DNA of 38,798 nt from Candidatus Saccharibacteria bacterium CPR2. Lineage in GTDB: Bacteria > Patescibacteriota > Saccharimonadia > Saccharimonadales > QWHN01. The first letter of the stretch is position 1, and each line of letters starts with the position of its first letter. Location of the stretch: contig QWHN01000002.1 in NCBI GenBank assembly GCA_021404905.1, forward strand, positions 143,582-182,379, given 5' to 3'. The notes beneath the pieces were generated by a model. The model worked only from the letters and a program-made list of their open reading frames with translations, did not search any database and was not told the DNA's origin. Below, in pieces: positions 38,231 to 38,798 of this stretch. Both the position numbers and the translations under genes were made by a program.

Positions 38231-38497
38231 GTGTTGCTATATGAAATAAGGTATAGCCACAGAGTTAAAAAAGAGCTTAAAAATACGCCAGCGTCTCAAA
38301 GAAAACGAATTGTTTCAAAGATTCAAGGACTGGCTAAATCACCAAGACCAATAGGGTGCGAAAAAATTCGAGGCTCTAAGTCATCATATCGAATCCGAGT
38401 GGGAACGTACCGTATTATCTACAGTATCTATGACCAAAAACTGATAGTTTTCGTAATCAAAGTTGGGCACAGAAGAGACGTGTACAAAAAACTTTAG
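38231..38497 (+). CDS. RelE/ParE-family toxin
   Basis: Y.I, PRP.G..K..G, YRIRVG.YRIIY.I, V..VGHR..VY. Confidence 0.92.
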   Translation: MLLYEIRYSHRVKKELKNTPASQRKRIVSKIQGLAKSPRPIGCEKIRGSKSSYRIRVGTYRIIYSIYDQKLIVFVIKVGHRRDVYKKL

Positions 38498-38568
38498 AAA
38501 AGAAGTTTGCTATAAAGATGCTAAAGTATTATAATATTTTTATTGTAATTGAGTTGGAGTAGTTATAA

Positions 38569-38798
38569 ATGGATGTTGAAAAATTTGGTGAAATAATCGG
38601 CGCGTCAGTCGCCAGTGGCTTTTCCGTTACGCCTGAACAAGTAGCGGGAGTTTTAAGTGATGAAGAACTTTTTCAAGAAATACGGAATCGTGGATTAGGC
38701 GTCGGCTCCCTCGCCGTTGACTCTGCTACTGATACTCCCGAAGTTCTCACTCCCGAAACGGCCGATCTCTTTAACACTTTAACACCCGAACAGCAAGA
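38569..38798 (+). CDS. hypothetical acidic protein, partial (runs off window end)
   Basis: Not in ORF track. GGAG SD at 38556, ATG 38569, open frame MDVEKFGEIIGASVASGFSVTPEQ...LTPEQQ to the end. Confidence 0.65.
   Translation, partial: MDVEKFGEIIGASVASGFSVTPEQVAGVLSDEELFQEIRNRGLGVGSLAVDSATDTPEVLTPETADLFNTLTPEQQ

Noticed and set aside
38011-38497. RHH/RelE pair as a novel system
   Set aside because: Ordinary type II toxin-antitoxin architecture.

Overview
A gene-dense, AT-rich bacterial window. Gene content (reduced F1Fo ATP synthase operon with a short delta subunit, NirK, orphan CobO, CPR-style LexA, sortase, WhiB) suggests a Patescibacteria/CPR genome, most likely Saccharibacteria; this is an inference. 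Core features are tyrS, the atpZ-B-E-F-H-A-G-D-C operon, rnpA, a UvrD-type helicase-nuclease, tRNA-Gln(TTG), tRNA-Pro(CGG), a ZIP/Zur pair, ArsR-glutaredoxin and a RHH/RelE toxin-antitoxin pair. Five things stand out. (1) A four-gene surface module in which a 65-aa ORF that is essentially a bare LPNTA sortase sorting signal precedes a sortase and a processive GT2, with a convergent secreted polysaccharide deacetylase. (2) A dispersed family of phased 7-bp repeat arrays, mostly two inverted arms around an AT-rich core, at all three atpA-G-D-C junctions, beside tRNA-Pro and after rnpA. (3) A stand-alone, partly degenerate Pup-ligase/deamidase (PafA/Dop) homolog near a WhiB gene, both mainly actinobacterial families. 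(4) A membrane-anchored NirK whose type-1 Cu axial Met is replaced by Gln. (5) Widespread leaderless-type gene starts and tail-to-tail packing without terminators. No CRISPR array, integrase or transposase is seen. All family calls come from motif recognition, not database searches.
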